Part shown: piece after piece, positions 22,145 through 32,193 of the stretch
How positions within the stretch are numbered: position 1 is the first letter of the stretch
How the letters are laid out: every line of letters begins with the position of its first letter
Source: a virus
Reading direction: 5' to 3' (one strand)
Virus record (IMG/VR): IMGVR_UViG_3300045988_115476
DNA: 64,000 nucleotides
Notes under the pieces: generated by a model
What the model saw: only the letters and a program-made list of their open reading frames with translations
The model's database searches: none
Told to the model about the DNA's origin: nothing
Program-made: the position numbers and the translations under genes

Positions 22145-22490
22145 GTTCGTAAGCGGCAGAATAGGCGGAATCACTCCTGCGGACATGGCGGCTCTTGCGG
22201 ATACTGCGCATGATGCTCTCACGAACCATACCCGCACGCTGGGAAATAACGGAATAAGAGAAGCCGTATTTGTTGTGGAAGATGTCAAAGACGAAGCCAC
22301 GGGCCACGGAACGGCAAACGGGTATGTTGCCCGTGCCAGCGTACAAATCTTCAACAGAGACGGCAGCACGGCCCGTTGAGGCCAAAGCCTCAGAGACACC
22401 CTCGCAGACCAACACCTCCACATTCATCATGATGTAATTATCCCTTTTTCTCATCGTCAAATATCCGTTCATAACCATAGTCGCTAACAA
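22107..22490 (-). CDS. DnaA C-terminal/HTH-like protein
   Basis: 127 aa with VARGFVFDIFHNKYGFSYSVISQRAGMVRESIMRSIRK. Confidence 0.4.
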   Translation of the reverse strand: MLATMVMNGYLTMRKRDNYIMMNVEVLVCEGVSEALASTGRAAVSVEDLYAGTGNIPVCRSVARGFVFDIFHNKYGFSYSVISQRAGMVRESIMRSIRKSRHVRRSDSAYSAAYEHVLSKLREIYGK

Positions 22491-22818
22491 TAAAACCTAC
22501 ATGGCCGACGGCCTTCTTGTCAGAAGGAGAAATGACACCGGCCTGTATCATACGCTCACGCATTTCAGCGGTAATAGTGGGAGTGAGGCGCTTGCCACGG
22601 CCATACGACTTCTTGTTCACATGAAGCACCTGCTTGGGAGTGGCGCGACCGTTAGGGTCATACTCTATCCCGTTCTGAATAAACGGAATGAAGATGCCCT
22701 CGCGCACATTGCCCTGAGCGTCGGCCATGCGCACAATGCGATAGTCCCTATACAAAGAAAAGTATATGGAAACATAATACCGATCACGCCACTCCTTCGC
22801 GTCCCCCGTGTCAGCCAT
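22438..22818 (-). CDS. Hypothetical protein
   Basis: 126 aa, contiguous leftward operon. Confidence 0.6.
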   Translation of the reverse strand: MADTGDAKEWRDRYYVSIYFSLYRDYRIVRMADAQGNVREGIFIPFIQNGIEYDPNGRATPKQVLHVNKKSYGRGKRLTPTITAEMRERMIQAGVISPSDKKAVGHVGFIVSDYGYERIFDDEKKG

Positions 22819-23392
22819 TGTCCTCTTCTGCTAACATTTTCTGCACGTCCTCGGCAAAGGAGGCCCTGGCACCATCCTCAAAGTCCTTGCGGAGATCATC
22901 AGCACTCTCCTCCTTTACCTCGGCAGACATGGCCGCATCAAGTTCCTTCGTCTTCTCAATGAGCCATTCCATACGGCGGTTGGCATACTCAGAAGCCTTG
23001 TCAACATCGGTGAAGGCCGTCAAAGGATAGAGCATGTTGGTGACGGTCATGAAAGACAACGATTCGACAAGCGAACCATAGGTAGTACCCGTCTCGGGAT
23101 ATTCCTCGTCCTCCCGGCCAACAGAGCTTTTCTTCAACTCAACAAGGTTGCAAAGCCAGGAATACAAAGAGGTACTACGGCTTTGGGCCGCAGTCGGGTC
23201 ATAACACCAAGCCTTGCAGCGAACCTCAAATCCCATAGAATTGCGGAAGATTGCGCCATCCTTAAGAATAAGGACAACAAACGATTCAAAATCGGCGGCA
23301 TCCACCAATTTGTCCTCGTCAACGCAATCAAGAACAGAGAGGATATGCGGCGGCCAACGCTCTTCGTTCTTTTCTTTTTCTGTTTTTTCCAT
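22811..23392 (-). CDS. Hypothetical protein
   Basis: 193 aa acidic protein. Confidence 0.6.
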   Translation of the reverse strand: MEKTEKEKNEERWPPHILSVLDCVDEDKLVDAADFESFVVLILKDGAIFRNSMGFEVRCKAWCYDPTAAQSRSTSLYSWLCNLVELKKSSVGREDEEYPETGTTYGSLVESLSFMTVTNMLYPLTAFTDVDKASEYANRRMEWLIEKTKELDAAMSAEVKEESADDLRKDFEDGARASFAEDVQKMLAEEDNG

Positions 23393-23423
23393 AATCTATT
23401 TTATAAGTTAAGTGGTAATCATA

Positions 23424-23882
23424 CTACAACGAAAGACGACGGCCATACTCGGCTATCAGCAAGGCGTCACAGGTGGCAAGCGTGATCTTACGGCCAAGGG
23501 ACGGAAACAACTGCTGGGCCTTGCCCTTCAAACGATTCTTCCATTCCGTCTTGCCATACTTGCCACTACTGCCAAGCTGAAAGGACTTCTCCCACTTGTT
23601 AGGGGTCACGTCGCTCGTGGGAATACCAAGGGCCAACAACGCCATCTGCAAATGGCCGTAACCCTTGCCGAAATTGAACATGGCACTACCGCCATTGCCG
23701 GGCATGCCTCCTACCCTCTCCAAAACGCAGAAACTATCATCCTTGTGCCTGGAAAGGAAGTCCAGCAGGTCCATGGGGGTTGCGGGCATCTTTGCTACCT
23801 CAACAACAGAACCATCGGCGGACAAAACGGCAATTCCACCATGGACGCCAGGGTCAATACCTATGTACTTTTTCATATACAC
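23424..23882 (-). CDS. RuvC-like Holliday junction resolvase/nuclease
   Basis: KYIGIDPGVHGGIAVL ... ATCDALLIAEYG RuvC/RNase H-fold pattern. Confidence 0.7.
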   Translation of the reverse strand: MYMKKYIGIDPGVHGGIAVLSADGSVVEVAKMPATPMDLLDFLSRHKDDSFCVLERVGGMPGNGGSAMFNFGKGYGHLQMALLALGIPTSDVTPNKWEKSFQLGSSGKYGKTEWKNRLKGKAQQLFPSLGRKITLATCDALLIAEYGRRLSL

Positions 23883-24397
23883 TATATTTTATCAGATTCA
23901 AATTCTGAGCAGGATTCACCCTCTTCGTCGCTGGTTTCGTCTGACTTTTCTATAAACAAACTGCAAGCCTCTTCATAAGGCCCAACCTCTGTGTATAAAT
24001 CCTGCATGATACAATACGGGAATCCGTCATCATGTAAAAACTCGCAGTGCTTACAAATCCTTCGTTCAATCTCAATGATAGTCAAAACAGCATAGTTGGC
24101 AAGGTCGTAGAGACTATCCAACATACTCTCGCCACCAACCTTGTGCTCACGGTCAGACAAAGTGTTAGCACGACGCAACTTCTCCTGCATGTGAATGTAA
24201 CTATACGGAAAGCCCATCTCAGCATACAATTTGCGGAAACTATTGCCATAGTCCGCATTCTTTGCGGCAAAGAGGTCTAACATCTTTTTCGTGACCTCAC
24301 GAAAATGTTCCGTGTCGCTATCACAACCGGAAGAACTGACACCAAAGGCTTTTTTGGTGAAAGTCGCTAAATTGTCTGAAACAGAATTTTTATCCAT
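23882..24397 (-). CDS. DUF1599 / nucleotide-modification-associated protein
   Basis: MLDLFAAKNADYGNSFRKLY ... LYDLANYAVLTIIEIERR. Confidence 0.6.
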   Translation of the reverse strand: MDKNSVSDNLATFTKKAFGVSSSGCDSDTEHFREVTKKMLDLFAAKNADYGNSFRKLYAEMGFPYSYIHMQEKLRRANTLSDREHKVGGESMLDSLYDLANYAVLTIIEIERRICKHCEFLHDDGFPYCIMQDLYTEVGPYEEACSLFIEKSDETSDEEGESCSEFESDKI

Positions 24398-24402
24398 ATT
24401 AT

Positions 24403-25542
24403 TCAGTCTTTTTTTCTACTTTTTGCAACCTTAGAAGAAGAACGCTTCGTGCTATTCTTCGTCTTTGAACCCTTGGGACGGCCACGGGGTCTGCGGGGGG
24501 CATTCGCACGCTCGGCAGCTGCCTCCCTACGAGCCCTCATAGACTTGTCGCGCTCAAGAATCTTTTTCTGAGAAGCACTCGCGCTATCGGCTATCCCAAT
24601 GGTCTCAACATCCTCAACCTCGCCATACTCATTGATGCACTGATTGCCATTGAGCAATTTGTCATAGCCTAAATTCTTGCGGGTAAACTTGCGCTTGGAA
24701 AGAAGACGCTGCTCATGACGGTATTCCTCAGAAATACGACGAATCTTATCTATGTCTAAAGAAGGAGCATCAAACTCACCCGCAACGCTAACAACACCCG
24801 GATTCATAGCGGCAGCATCACGGGCCTCCATCTCCCTATGCAACTCGTCGGCAACAGACAACTCAGAATCGTCACACGACGCCTCAATGGACTGGGCAGC
24901 ACGGTTGGCCGCTACCTCGTCCTCATGGGCACGGACAAAGGCATCAATCTCATCCCTGGAGACACAAGAGCTCTTCATGCGGGACAACTCGCGCTGAAAC
25001 TCCATCTCCTGCAAGTCCTCACGACGCGTACCGTCAAGGTCACTGCCCTCAAACTGAGCATTGCTGCGAAGGTCACTATCACAACTCAACAACTGACGAC
25101 GAATACCCTCATCAATAAGGGCCATATCCACCTCAGCATCGGACATCTCTGCAACAGAAGAAGAATCTCCCGCATATTCAGCTAACTCGCGAGACAACAA
25201 ACGACGCTTCTCCGCATAGCCAACACGAGGAAAGAAACGAGCCTCATCCAAGTACATATAAGGATGGATGCTGATAACAGTATCAACAATGCCTAAGCCA
25301 CTACCGCAATCCTTCACAATGCGCAACAAACCGTCACCACCACGACGATAGATACAGTAGCACTCCTCCAACGTGCTCTTGCGGACAAGAACAACCGCCA
25401 TGAACCAAAATGGATCACGACCATCTACATACAAACGAGGCAAACCATGAGACTGCAATGACGCATACTCCAATGCACGGTTCAAAGATTGTACCTTCAA
25501 ACTTATCATCACAACACCTCCTTTCCACCATGAAGCAACCAA
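24403..25542 (-). CDS. Hypothetical protein with AT-hook-like basic C-terminus
   Basis: C-terminus PRRPRGRPKGSKTKNSTKRSSSKVAKSRKKD. Confidence 0.55.
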   Translation of the reverse strand: MVASWWKGGVVMISLKVQSLNRALEYASLQSHGLPRLYVDGRDPFWFMAVVLVRKSTLEECYCIYRRGGDGLLRIVKDCGSGLGIVDTVISIHPYMYLDEARFFPRVGYAEKRRLLSRELAEYAGDSSSVAEMSDAEVDMALIDEGIRRQLLSCDSDLRSNAQFEGSDLDGTRREDLQEMEFQRELSRMKSSCVSRDEIDAFVRAHEDEVAANRAAQSIEASCDDSELSVADELHREMEARDAAAMNPGVVSVAGEFDAPSLDIDKIRRISEEYRHEQRLLSKRKFTRKNLGYDKLLNGNQCINEYGEVEDVETIGIADSASASQKKILERDKSMRARREAAAERANAPRRPRGRPKGSKTKNSTKRSSSKVAKSRKKD

Positions 25543-26069
25543 GAGGAAATCGTCTTGTCACCCAAAGGAAACGTCTTGCCAAAGACATTCTCAAACTTCA
25601 CAGAACATTGCAAATAGGGAATGCCATCAATCACGTCCTTGCTCGGCTCAACAGCATCCTTTACATAAAACAAGGCCAAACGCTGACGATAATCATCACG
25701 CCATAACAACAAAGCACCCTCCAAAAAATCAAAGAAACGATGCCAGTTGCTCTCAGCGGACAAAATAACCGAAGACAACGTAGCATCCTCGGGAAAAGAC
25801 AAAGAAGGGTCATAGCCAAAACTATAGACCTCCAAAGTGGAAGATATGGGAGAATTAACAGGCTTCGAAGACACAAAGACACGAGAAGACGTGCCGTCAG
25901 AATAGTCCTCAACGTAAACGCCAGACTGCTGACCACGACTGTTCATGCCAGATAAGGACTTGTAACGGAGAAAACCAAAATCGTCCTCCAAACTGCGCTC
26001 TGAACCATCAGGAACATAAATGCCCTGACTGTCACGAATGTAACGACGGATGAAAAATTTGCCTCCCAT
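25509..26069 (-). CDS. Hypothetical protein, first gene of leftward operon
   Basis: 186 aa, start just downstream of a consensus promoter. Confidence 0.55.
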   Translation of the reverse strand: MGGKFFIRRYIRDSQGIYVPDGSERSLEDDFGFLRYKSLSGMNSRGQQSGVYVEDYSDGTSSRVFVSSKPVNSPISSTLEVYSFGYDPSLSFPEDATLSSVILSAESNWHRFFDFLEGALLLWRDDYRQRLALFYVKDAVEPSKDVIDGIPYLQCSVKFENVFGKTFPLGDKTISSWLLHGGKEVL

Positions 26070-26098
26070 AAAACCAATTCTTTATACTTTTACAGCCG

Positions 26099-26130
26099 CA
26101 AAAGTAAAAAACATTTCCGACATGACCAAA
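26099..26130 (-). promoter_or_regulatory. Bacteroidetes-type promoter for leftward operon
   Basis: CAAAAGTA (complement of TActTTTG, 26099-26106), 20 nt spacer, CAAA (complement of TTTG, 26127-26130). Confidence 0.75.
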
Positions 26131-26610
26131 AGAAATATAAACAAATGTCCAAAAACAAAGATTTTTACAACAAAACACACAAACGCAACAAAACAAGGAT
26201 TCATGCCTAAATCACAACTTTTCAACCCGTGTAAACCTTTTTCATCTACGTATTTCATACACAAAAAACGCATACAAAAGCATATTTTCCGAAATTCATA
26301 CTGACACACACAACAACACACAAAAATAACTTCGACAAAAACAACAAAAACCATAGACAACCGCATTCATGAATAACACCAAATCATAAAACAACAATTT
26401 ACACCCGTTAACACTCTTGGTGAAAAAAAATAAAAAAATTTTCGGAAAAGAGCGGACTAACGAGCGAGAGAGAGGAAGCGGGGGGGGTGGGTATGGCTTT
26501 TGCCCTGGAGGCCGCAAACAGGGGAGGCCATGGAGGCTTTTTGCTGGATCAAAAGCACAAAAAGCATATTGTTTGCGTGCAAAACATACCTTTCCCCGCA
26601 AATTCGGGCC

Positions 26611-26640
26611 AAAAATAGCCAAAAATAGCCGAAAATAGCC
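26611..26640 (+). repeat. Three tandem 10-bp units [A/G]AAAATAGCC
   Basis: AAAAATAGCC AAAAATAGCC GAAAATAGCC. Confidence 0.85.
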
Positions 26641-26973
26641 GCATTCATGTTTGCCAGTGGAAGGAGTGGCCGCCGTGAGATCTAACCACCTGAAAGCAGG
26701 AGGAAGGCGGGCAGCGTGACGGCCTGAGAGGAAAATACAGAAAGTTTTTGCGTTAACGTTTGTTGGTTACGAATTGTTTCAAAACCTTAAAACACATTTT
26801 ACCCCTTTTCTTTCTTATAGTTTCGCGCATGAAACATTAGATACTACAAAATTGCACATTTTGCCGTTTTTGTGCAAAATTTGGTATATGGAGGCATTTT
26901 GTATCTTTATTCTTATGCTTTTGTAAAGTTTGGCGAAAACATGCCCGTTTTTTAAAAGAAAATCACGGAAATA

Positions 26974-27005
26974 TTTGGCAGAGTGTGAAAATAGTCGTAC
27001 CTTTG
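26974..27005 (+). promoter_or_regulatory. Bacteroidetes-type promoter
   Basis: TTTG (26974-26977), 20 nt spacer, TACCTTTG (26998-27005). Confidence 0.8.
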
Positions 27006-27091
27006 CAAGCGTGATAAGGGAGGTAAAACTTCCGTTACAAGTCAGGCGCTTTTTGTGCCTGGTCGTTCTTTGAATAGGTGTAAAATAAAAA

Positions 27092-27121
27092 TCCCGCTTC
27101 TGGTTGCAGCCAGAAGCGGGA
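27092..27121 (+). terminator. Strong 12-bp hairpin TCCCGCTTCTGG-TTGCAG-CCAGAAGCGGGA (leader hairpin/terminator)
   Basis: Perfect 12-bp inverted repeat, 6-nt loop, ~85 nt downstream of a promoter. Confidence 0.7.
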
Positions 27122-27716
27122 CGGTTAAGCTACTTAAAGCCGTTAACCTTAAAAGAGGTCCGGCAAAGGTAGCAATTTTCTAAAACTCGCGCAAATTTTT
27201 TTGCATGTTTTTTTAGAAAAGATTTTCCCCCTGTTTAAAAGATTCGTTCTTTGGCTTATTGATACAAAAAGATTCAGCAAAGCACGTTTAAGGTTTTGCG
27301 GTCCTGGTGGCCTGAATGAGGCCGCGGGATCGCTTAGAGTTTCAGGCGTCAGGATTGAAGACGTTAGGAGAGAAACGGACGATGATTTTTATCTAAATCT
27401 ATCGAAGTAGTTAAGACAGCTTCTAACGATTTGAAACTGACGCCTGAAATTTCATCCAAAAGAAAAGAACCAAAAGAAAAGTTTATATATATATTATTCT
27501 TAAGTTAAGTATATTATATTATATAATTATATTATTATATATACTATATATACGCGTGTGCGCGCCCGCGCGCGCGAGGAAAGACGAAGTTATATATTTG
27601 CTTACAGTTTTTTTGTTGCTTTTCCCGTGCTTTTTTCCTTTAAGGTTTAAGGCCTGAATTTCGGTTCAAGTCCGGAAGTTGGAACTAATAAAAACACAAT
27701 TAAAAATATTATCGAT

Positions 27717-28010
27717 ATGGAAAATATGAATACATGGCGCTTGTCTTTGTATATTGACAATAGCCGCGAAATCTATTCTATTACTGAATCCCTTTCTAAT
27801 TCTTTGGCAAAGAAAATCAAGAAGGGCGTTAAACTTAGTGCTGAAACTTTGGCAAACTGCAGCACGATGAAGCGTATTGTTTCGATGGCTGCAAAGATGG
27901 TCAAAGAATACGACGGCGCAACTGTCAGCACGAAGGAGCGCAAAGAAGCAGCATTAAAGCACGCGGAATATATTATGGAGTGGGCGGAGTATAAAGCTAA
28001 CGAGAAGTAA
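27717..28010 (+). CDS. Hypothetical protein, first gene of rightward block
   Basis: 97 aa after leader region. Confidence 0.6.
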   Translation: MENMNTWRLSLYIDNSREIYSITESLSNSLAKKIKKGVKLSAETLANCSTMKRIVSMAAKMVKEYDGATVSTKERKEAALKHAEYIMEWAEYKANEK

Positions 28011-28022
28011 ATAACAAAAGAT

Positions 28023-28262
28023 ATGAAAAAAATTAACTGGTTCAATTTGAAGGCGGGGAAAGAAATTAGGGTGCAAACTCTGATACAGGCGGGATTTAAT
28101 TTAGAGGCGGATTTTTTTAGCCTCAGCAGTTCAAAAACTGGTATTTTGTGCGAGTGCATGAAAGCCGATGGATACAAATACGATTCCCCCCTGGGGCGTT
28201 CTCGCTTGCGCTCTTACTGGTATAGCTTGCAGCGCGTTTATTCTAAAATGAATAACAACTAA
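28023..28262 (+). CDS. Hypothetical small protein
   Basis: 79 aa. Confidence 0.5.
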   Translation: MKKINWFNLKAGKEIRVQTLIQAGFNLEADFFSLSSSKTGILCECMKADGYKYDSPLGRSRLRSYWYSLQRVYSKMNNN

Positions 28263-28658
28263 CACGCCTTTAGCCCCTTCCCCCTGGTAGGGGCAAAGGT
28301 TTTTACCAACAATCAAATATAACACGATATGAAAAAGCATTTAAAAGATATAATGGTGTCATTATTGATAGTGTTTATCTTGGTATCAATCGTTTTGCAA
28401 TTAGTCGGCCTTATTATAGGTGATTTCCTAACCTGTGGTATTGGCCTTATATTCTTTGGCTTTGCGCCTGGTTTTGCAATTCCTATTTTGTTTAAGTGGG
28501 TGTAATATGAACATGACGGGATTTATTTTAACGGCGCTTGCCTTCTATGTTATTGGGGTAGCTGTTGGCCGTAATTGGGACGAGTTTGCAAATGAGTGAT
28601 TACTAACCAGCCGCCGGGGGTTAACCTGGTGGCACAAATAGCCCTATTTAGGGCTCCA

Positions 28659-28704
28659 GGCGCGACGGATAGGCCGTTAACGGGTGATCGTTCCACCCCG
28701 CGCC
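28659..28704 (+). other. T-arm-like three-way-junction element
   Basis: GGCGCG ... ACGG-atagg-CCGT ... GGGTG-ATCGTTC-CACCC ... CGCGCC then ACAATAA. Confidence 0.45.
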
Positions 28705-28729
28705 ACAATAACCAATAAAACAAAAGAAA

Positions 28730-28957
28730 ATGGAAACAATAATTATTTATGAGGTGCCAGGGCTCAAAGTGTCTTCCAAAATGCGAAAAGGTATTGCGAA
28801 GTTAGAACGAAAGTTCGGGAAACTCAATAAGCGGTTTTTTATTGAGCGTAACGAGGGGGAACGTGTTGGCCGTGGCTTCTATGATGGGTGCAAGCTAACA
28901 TGTAGTATTATTCAAAGTTTAGATTTCGTCGTCGCACATGATGGCACGAGAAGTTAA
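28730..28957 (+). CDS. Hypothetical protein
   Basis: 75 aa. Confidence 0.5.
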   Translation: METIIIYEVPGLKVSSKMRKGIAKLERKFGKLNKRFFIERNEGERVGRGFYDGCKLTCSIIQSLDFVVAHDGTRS

Positions 28958-29597
28958 CCAAGTAGCCGCCGGCCTTCCTGGTTATGTGGCTATCTAAATA
29001 CTTTAGACTTATGAAATATCAAACTTTGCAAAATACCTGTTGCGCCGTCTTTAAACTGCTCGGGGGCTGTTGGCTCCTATCTGGTGGCGTGGTGGGCCGT
29101 GATGCTTTCAGGAACGCCGAAAGCGGCGCGGTGCTTTATGTTTTCAGTAACGAATACATAAAGGGATACGGGAACGAGAAGTACGGAAAAATACTTTGCC
29201 CGTCGTGTTAATTTGAGTGGTAATAATTGATTGTGCGCCTTTATCTTTTCCTATTGGTGTACTTTACCAAGTGGGAAAAGATAGGGCTATATAGAGTAAA
29301 TAAACGGCTAAATTTATAAAGATATGTTTTACCAGCAAGTAACAAATAACAAATGGTTTTCATTTTGGGTAAACTGGTACAATAAACACGGATGGAAAAC
29401 CGAAAGCAAAAACGAAAAAAAAGCAGTTGTTAGTAAGAATTGTAAAGGTATTAAAATATACACTACGTTATATATACACTAATTATAGATAGGAAGGTAT
29501 GAATATTGCTTAAAAGTTACTATTGCCGTGTGTGGTTAACGTCCACCTCCTGGCCCGTGACCAGGCACGGCACAAATTAAAGATAGGAGTAAAGAAC

Positions 29598-30002
29598 ATG
29601 AAAAAGTACAAAGTTATTATCACGTCTGCAAAAGACGTAAAGCTGTTAAACGACAAAATATCTATAGATAGTTTGTTTACAGTTGGCGAAACAATAAACA
29701 ACAATCTTTTGCATGTTGGTGTCAACGTGGCAACTGATAAGCGCGTTATTGATGGTATGAAGGAGTTAGCGCATAAGCGCGGATATTGCACTAATAAAGA
29801 CTGGATGACGTTTGATGATGATTTGTGCGGCCACAAATACGCCGTGTGCTGTAAGCACAAAAATATTGCTTCTAAGCAGTATATTGTGAATGAATGCGAA
29901 TGCCTGGAAGACGCAACAAACGACTTGAACAAGTGGCGACACTCTGGTACAGATTACTCTTACTACATATTAGATACTGATAACAATAAAATACTGAATT
30001 GA
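29598..30002 (+). CDS. Hypothetical protein (MKKYKVIITSAKDVK...)
   Basis: Internal ATG of the 159-aa track ORF, better gene start. Confidence 0.5.
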   Translation: MKKYKVIITSAKDVKLLNDKISIDSLFTVGETINNNLLHVGVNVATDKRVIDGMKELAHKRGYCTNKDWMTFDDDLCGHKYAVCCKHKNIASKQYIVNECECLEDATNDLNKWRHSGTDYSYYILDTDNNKILN

Positions 30003-30006
30003 GATC

Positions 30007-30249
30007 ATGTTAGCAACAGACAAACAAATAAACTACCTTTGCAAATTAGCCAACAAGATAGAACTGATAAAGAATATCAATAAGGAAAAGAAGGCTATAT
30101 TAGTACCGCTTCCAAATTACATTGATTGGCAAGAGGAGCGCCATTTGGGCGTCACGGTTACTGATGCGAGTGTGCGTATTCAAGCATACAAAAAAATAAT
30201 TCGTGCTTGCAATTTCACTTTTTTGTTGTGTAACATTCCGCAAATATAA
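30007..30249 (+). CDS. Hypothetical protein
   Basis: 80 aa, N-terminal ATDKQINYLCKLA. Confidence 0.45.
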   Translation: MLATDKQINYLCKLANKIELIKNINKEKKAILVPLPNYIDWQEERHLGVTVTDASVRIQAYKKIIRACNFTFLLCNIPQI

Positions 30250-30259
30250 TGGTATTACA

Positions 30260-30307
30260 GGCGTTATTGGTCCGGCAATCTTTGGCGGGTTCGATTCCCG
30301 CAACGTC
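30260..30307 (+). other. T-arm-like three-way-junction element
   Basis: GGCGTT; ATTG-gtccgg-CAAT; GCGGG-TTCGATT-CCCGC; AACGTC; ACAAA tail. Confidence 0.5.
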
Positions 30308-30330
30308 ACAAATTTTAAAAAGTTCATGTT

Positions 30331-32193
30331 ATGACTGACAAAGAGAAGAATTTTGCCATATTAAGCAAACTATATGAGTTTGCGGATGAGATTTGGGAAA
30401 ATGTGGAGGATAAACGGGCCGGAGTTTTCACGGCCTCAGAGATAGCGCGATCCATCAAATCATGTAAGGATGTAATAGTCTGTTTTGGGGATTTAGGTGA
30501 CGAGCAAATAACGGTCGAGGTGGATTCTTTTAGTTGCTCTATCCCGAAAAGCCGTATCTTTGAGTATATCCGCGTAGTTGAACGTTTGGCCGGTGTTAGT
30601 AGCAATAAGGCGAAGACGTTTGTGTACGAGGAGGAGAAGGGGGACGTATTAGGCAGCTGTAAGTTTGAATTTACGAAGGACTTTGCCGATCTGGTGCATT
30701 TTATAGCAAAAGACGAATTGCGGCCTTCACTTATGAACGTTGCCCTTAACGTCGATTTGTCGTGCCTGGTTGCGTCAGATGGCAAAGTACTAAAAGCCTA
30801 TCCCGTGCGTATTATCGAAACGTCAGGGGATATGCACGACTTCCAAATAGATGGCGCATTGTTTTCCAAGATTTGCAAAAGATTGGGCGCCAGGGAAACG
30901 TATATTGCGGAGTGTACAAATTACGGCGGTTCTGGCTGCATAGAAAAATGCGTGTTTAGCTGTGGCAGCCTATCTATTACGACGAAATATAGTGGGCGCT
31001 ATCTTAACGTTAAAGGCGTCATAAGGGACGTTAGGGAGGCCGGGCGGATGATCCTTTGCCCTGATGCCTGGAAGGACGCAACCAAGTTCTTTAAAAGCTC
31101 AAAGGGCCAAACGGTCAAAATAACTGCAAATGTGGGTGATGACTTCGCCGTGTTGTCTAACGAGGATGGCAGCGAGTGTGTTATTAAGACGTTGCAGAAT
31201 CCCGCCCAAAATGTGGAAAGCACACATAAAGCGGATTCTTTGCGCCTGTTTGGAAATGTGTGCGAAATATTCTTTAATGGCCAAAATTGTCCCCTCACCT
31301 TCATTAGTGGTGATGCCTCGATGGGATTAGTCATGCCATGTTGTAGCGATCAGTATTACGAGTTAGGCGAAAGCGAGCGGCACAATCCAATAGAGCTTGC
31401 AAAAGCGGCCCGTATCGACAAGAAAGCGGCAAAGGTGGATAGTAGTCGGCCCGCAAAGGAAAAGGCCCGCAAAACGCCTCCTACGGCCTCATGTGGGAAA
31501 GATATGGCAAGCGCGGCCCGCGGGAAAAGATTCAGCTTCGAAGCCGTCGGCGTGAATGTTGGCGATGTGCTGTCGTTTATTGATGGCACGGAAGTGGTGG
31601 CCGTCGCTGGCAATAAGGTGGAGTTTTGCGGCGAAGTATTTACTTTGTCCGGATTCTGCAAGGAGTTCATGCCCGACGACAAACGGACAAAAAGCAACTC
31701 GTACCGCGGTTGTAACTTCTTCTTCCTGGATGGTGTGTGCCTTGGGAAGATATTCCGTGAAGTTATGGAGGCAGCACCAGAATACGTGCCCACTATCGAC
31801 GAGGGGGAAGATGCTACCTTTGAGCCTCAACGGGCGGACGGGATCCAGGAAACGGGCCATATTAGCCATGAGGCGAATAACTTTGAGCACAAAGAATGCG
31901 AAGAAAAGCCGCATAAGGGCCAAACGGGCCGCTTTGACGGCAAAATAACTCTTCACCCTACAGTTGTCCCACTTATTGTGAGAAAACGCAATACAGGCCG
32001 TTTTTGGCCGTTATTTGGACGTGTGGGGGCGATGGAGGCCACCGCGGCCCGTCGTGTGCGTGCAAAGGTATTGCGCCGTCGTGCTCCCACATTTGTGGCT
32101 GGCAGGGTTAGGCCACCACCATATTACGCGCATAACGAGGGGCGGATGAATAGTTTTAGGTTTTACAACAATTTCAAAATATCAAAAGAATGA
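30331..32193 (+). CDS. DNA polymerase III beta-clamp-like protein with C-terminal extension
   Basis: FIAKDELRPSLMNVALNVDLSCLVASDGKVL resembles the DnaN R-P-x-x-x-G..ATDGHRL segment; 620 aa is longer than ordinary DnaN. Confidence 0.5.
   Translation: MTDKEKNFAILSKLYEFADEIWENVEDKRAGVFTASEIARSIKSCKDVIVCFGDLGDEQITVEVDSFSCSIPKSRIFEYIRVVERLAGVSSNKAKTFVYEEEKGDVLGSCKFEFTKDFADLVHFIAKDELRPSLMNVALNVDLSCLVASDGKVLKAYPVRIIETSGDMHDFQIDGALFSKICKRLGARETYIAECTNYGGSGCIEKCVFSCGSLSITTKYSGRYLNVKGVIRDVREAGRMILCPDAWKDATKFFKSSKGQTVKITANVGDDFAVLSNEDGSECVIKTLQNPAQNVESTHKADSLRLFGNVCEIFFNGQNCPLTFISGDASMGLVMPCCSDQYYELGESERHNPIELAKAARIDKKAAKVDSSRPAKEKARKTPPTASCGKDMASAARGKRFSFEAVGVNVGDVLSFIDGTEVVAVAGNKVEFCGEVFTLSGFCKEFMPDDKRTKSNSYRGCNFFFLDGVCLGKIFREVMEAAPEYVPTIDEGEDATFEPQRADGIQETGHISHEANNFEHKECEEKPHKGQTGRFDGKITLHPTVVPLIVRKRNTGRFWPLFGRVGAMEATAARRVRAKVLRRRAPTFVAGRVRPPPYYAHNEGRMNSFRFYNNFKISKE

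Noticed and set aside
26296-26622. 108 aa minus ORF in the divergent region
   Set aside because: Low-complexity translation (YPPPPPLPLSRSLVRSF) over G-runs and tandem repeats; treated as non-coding.
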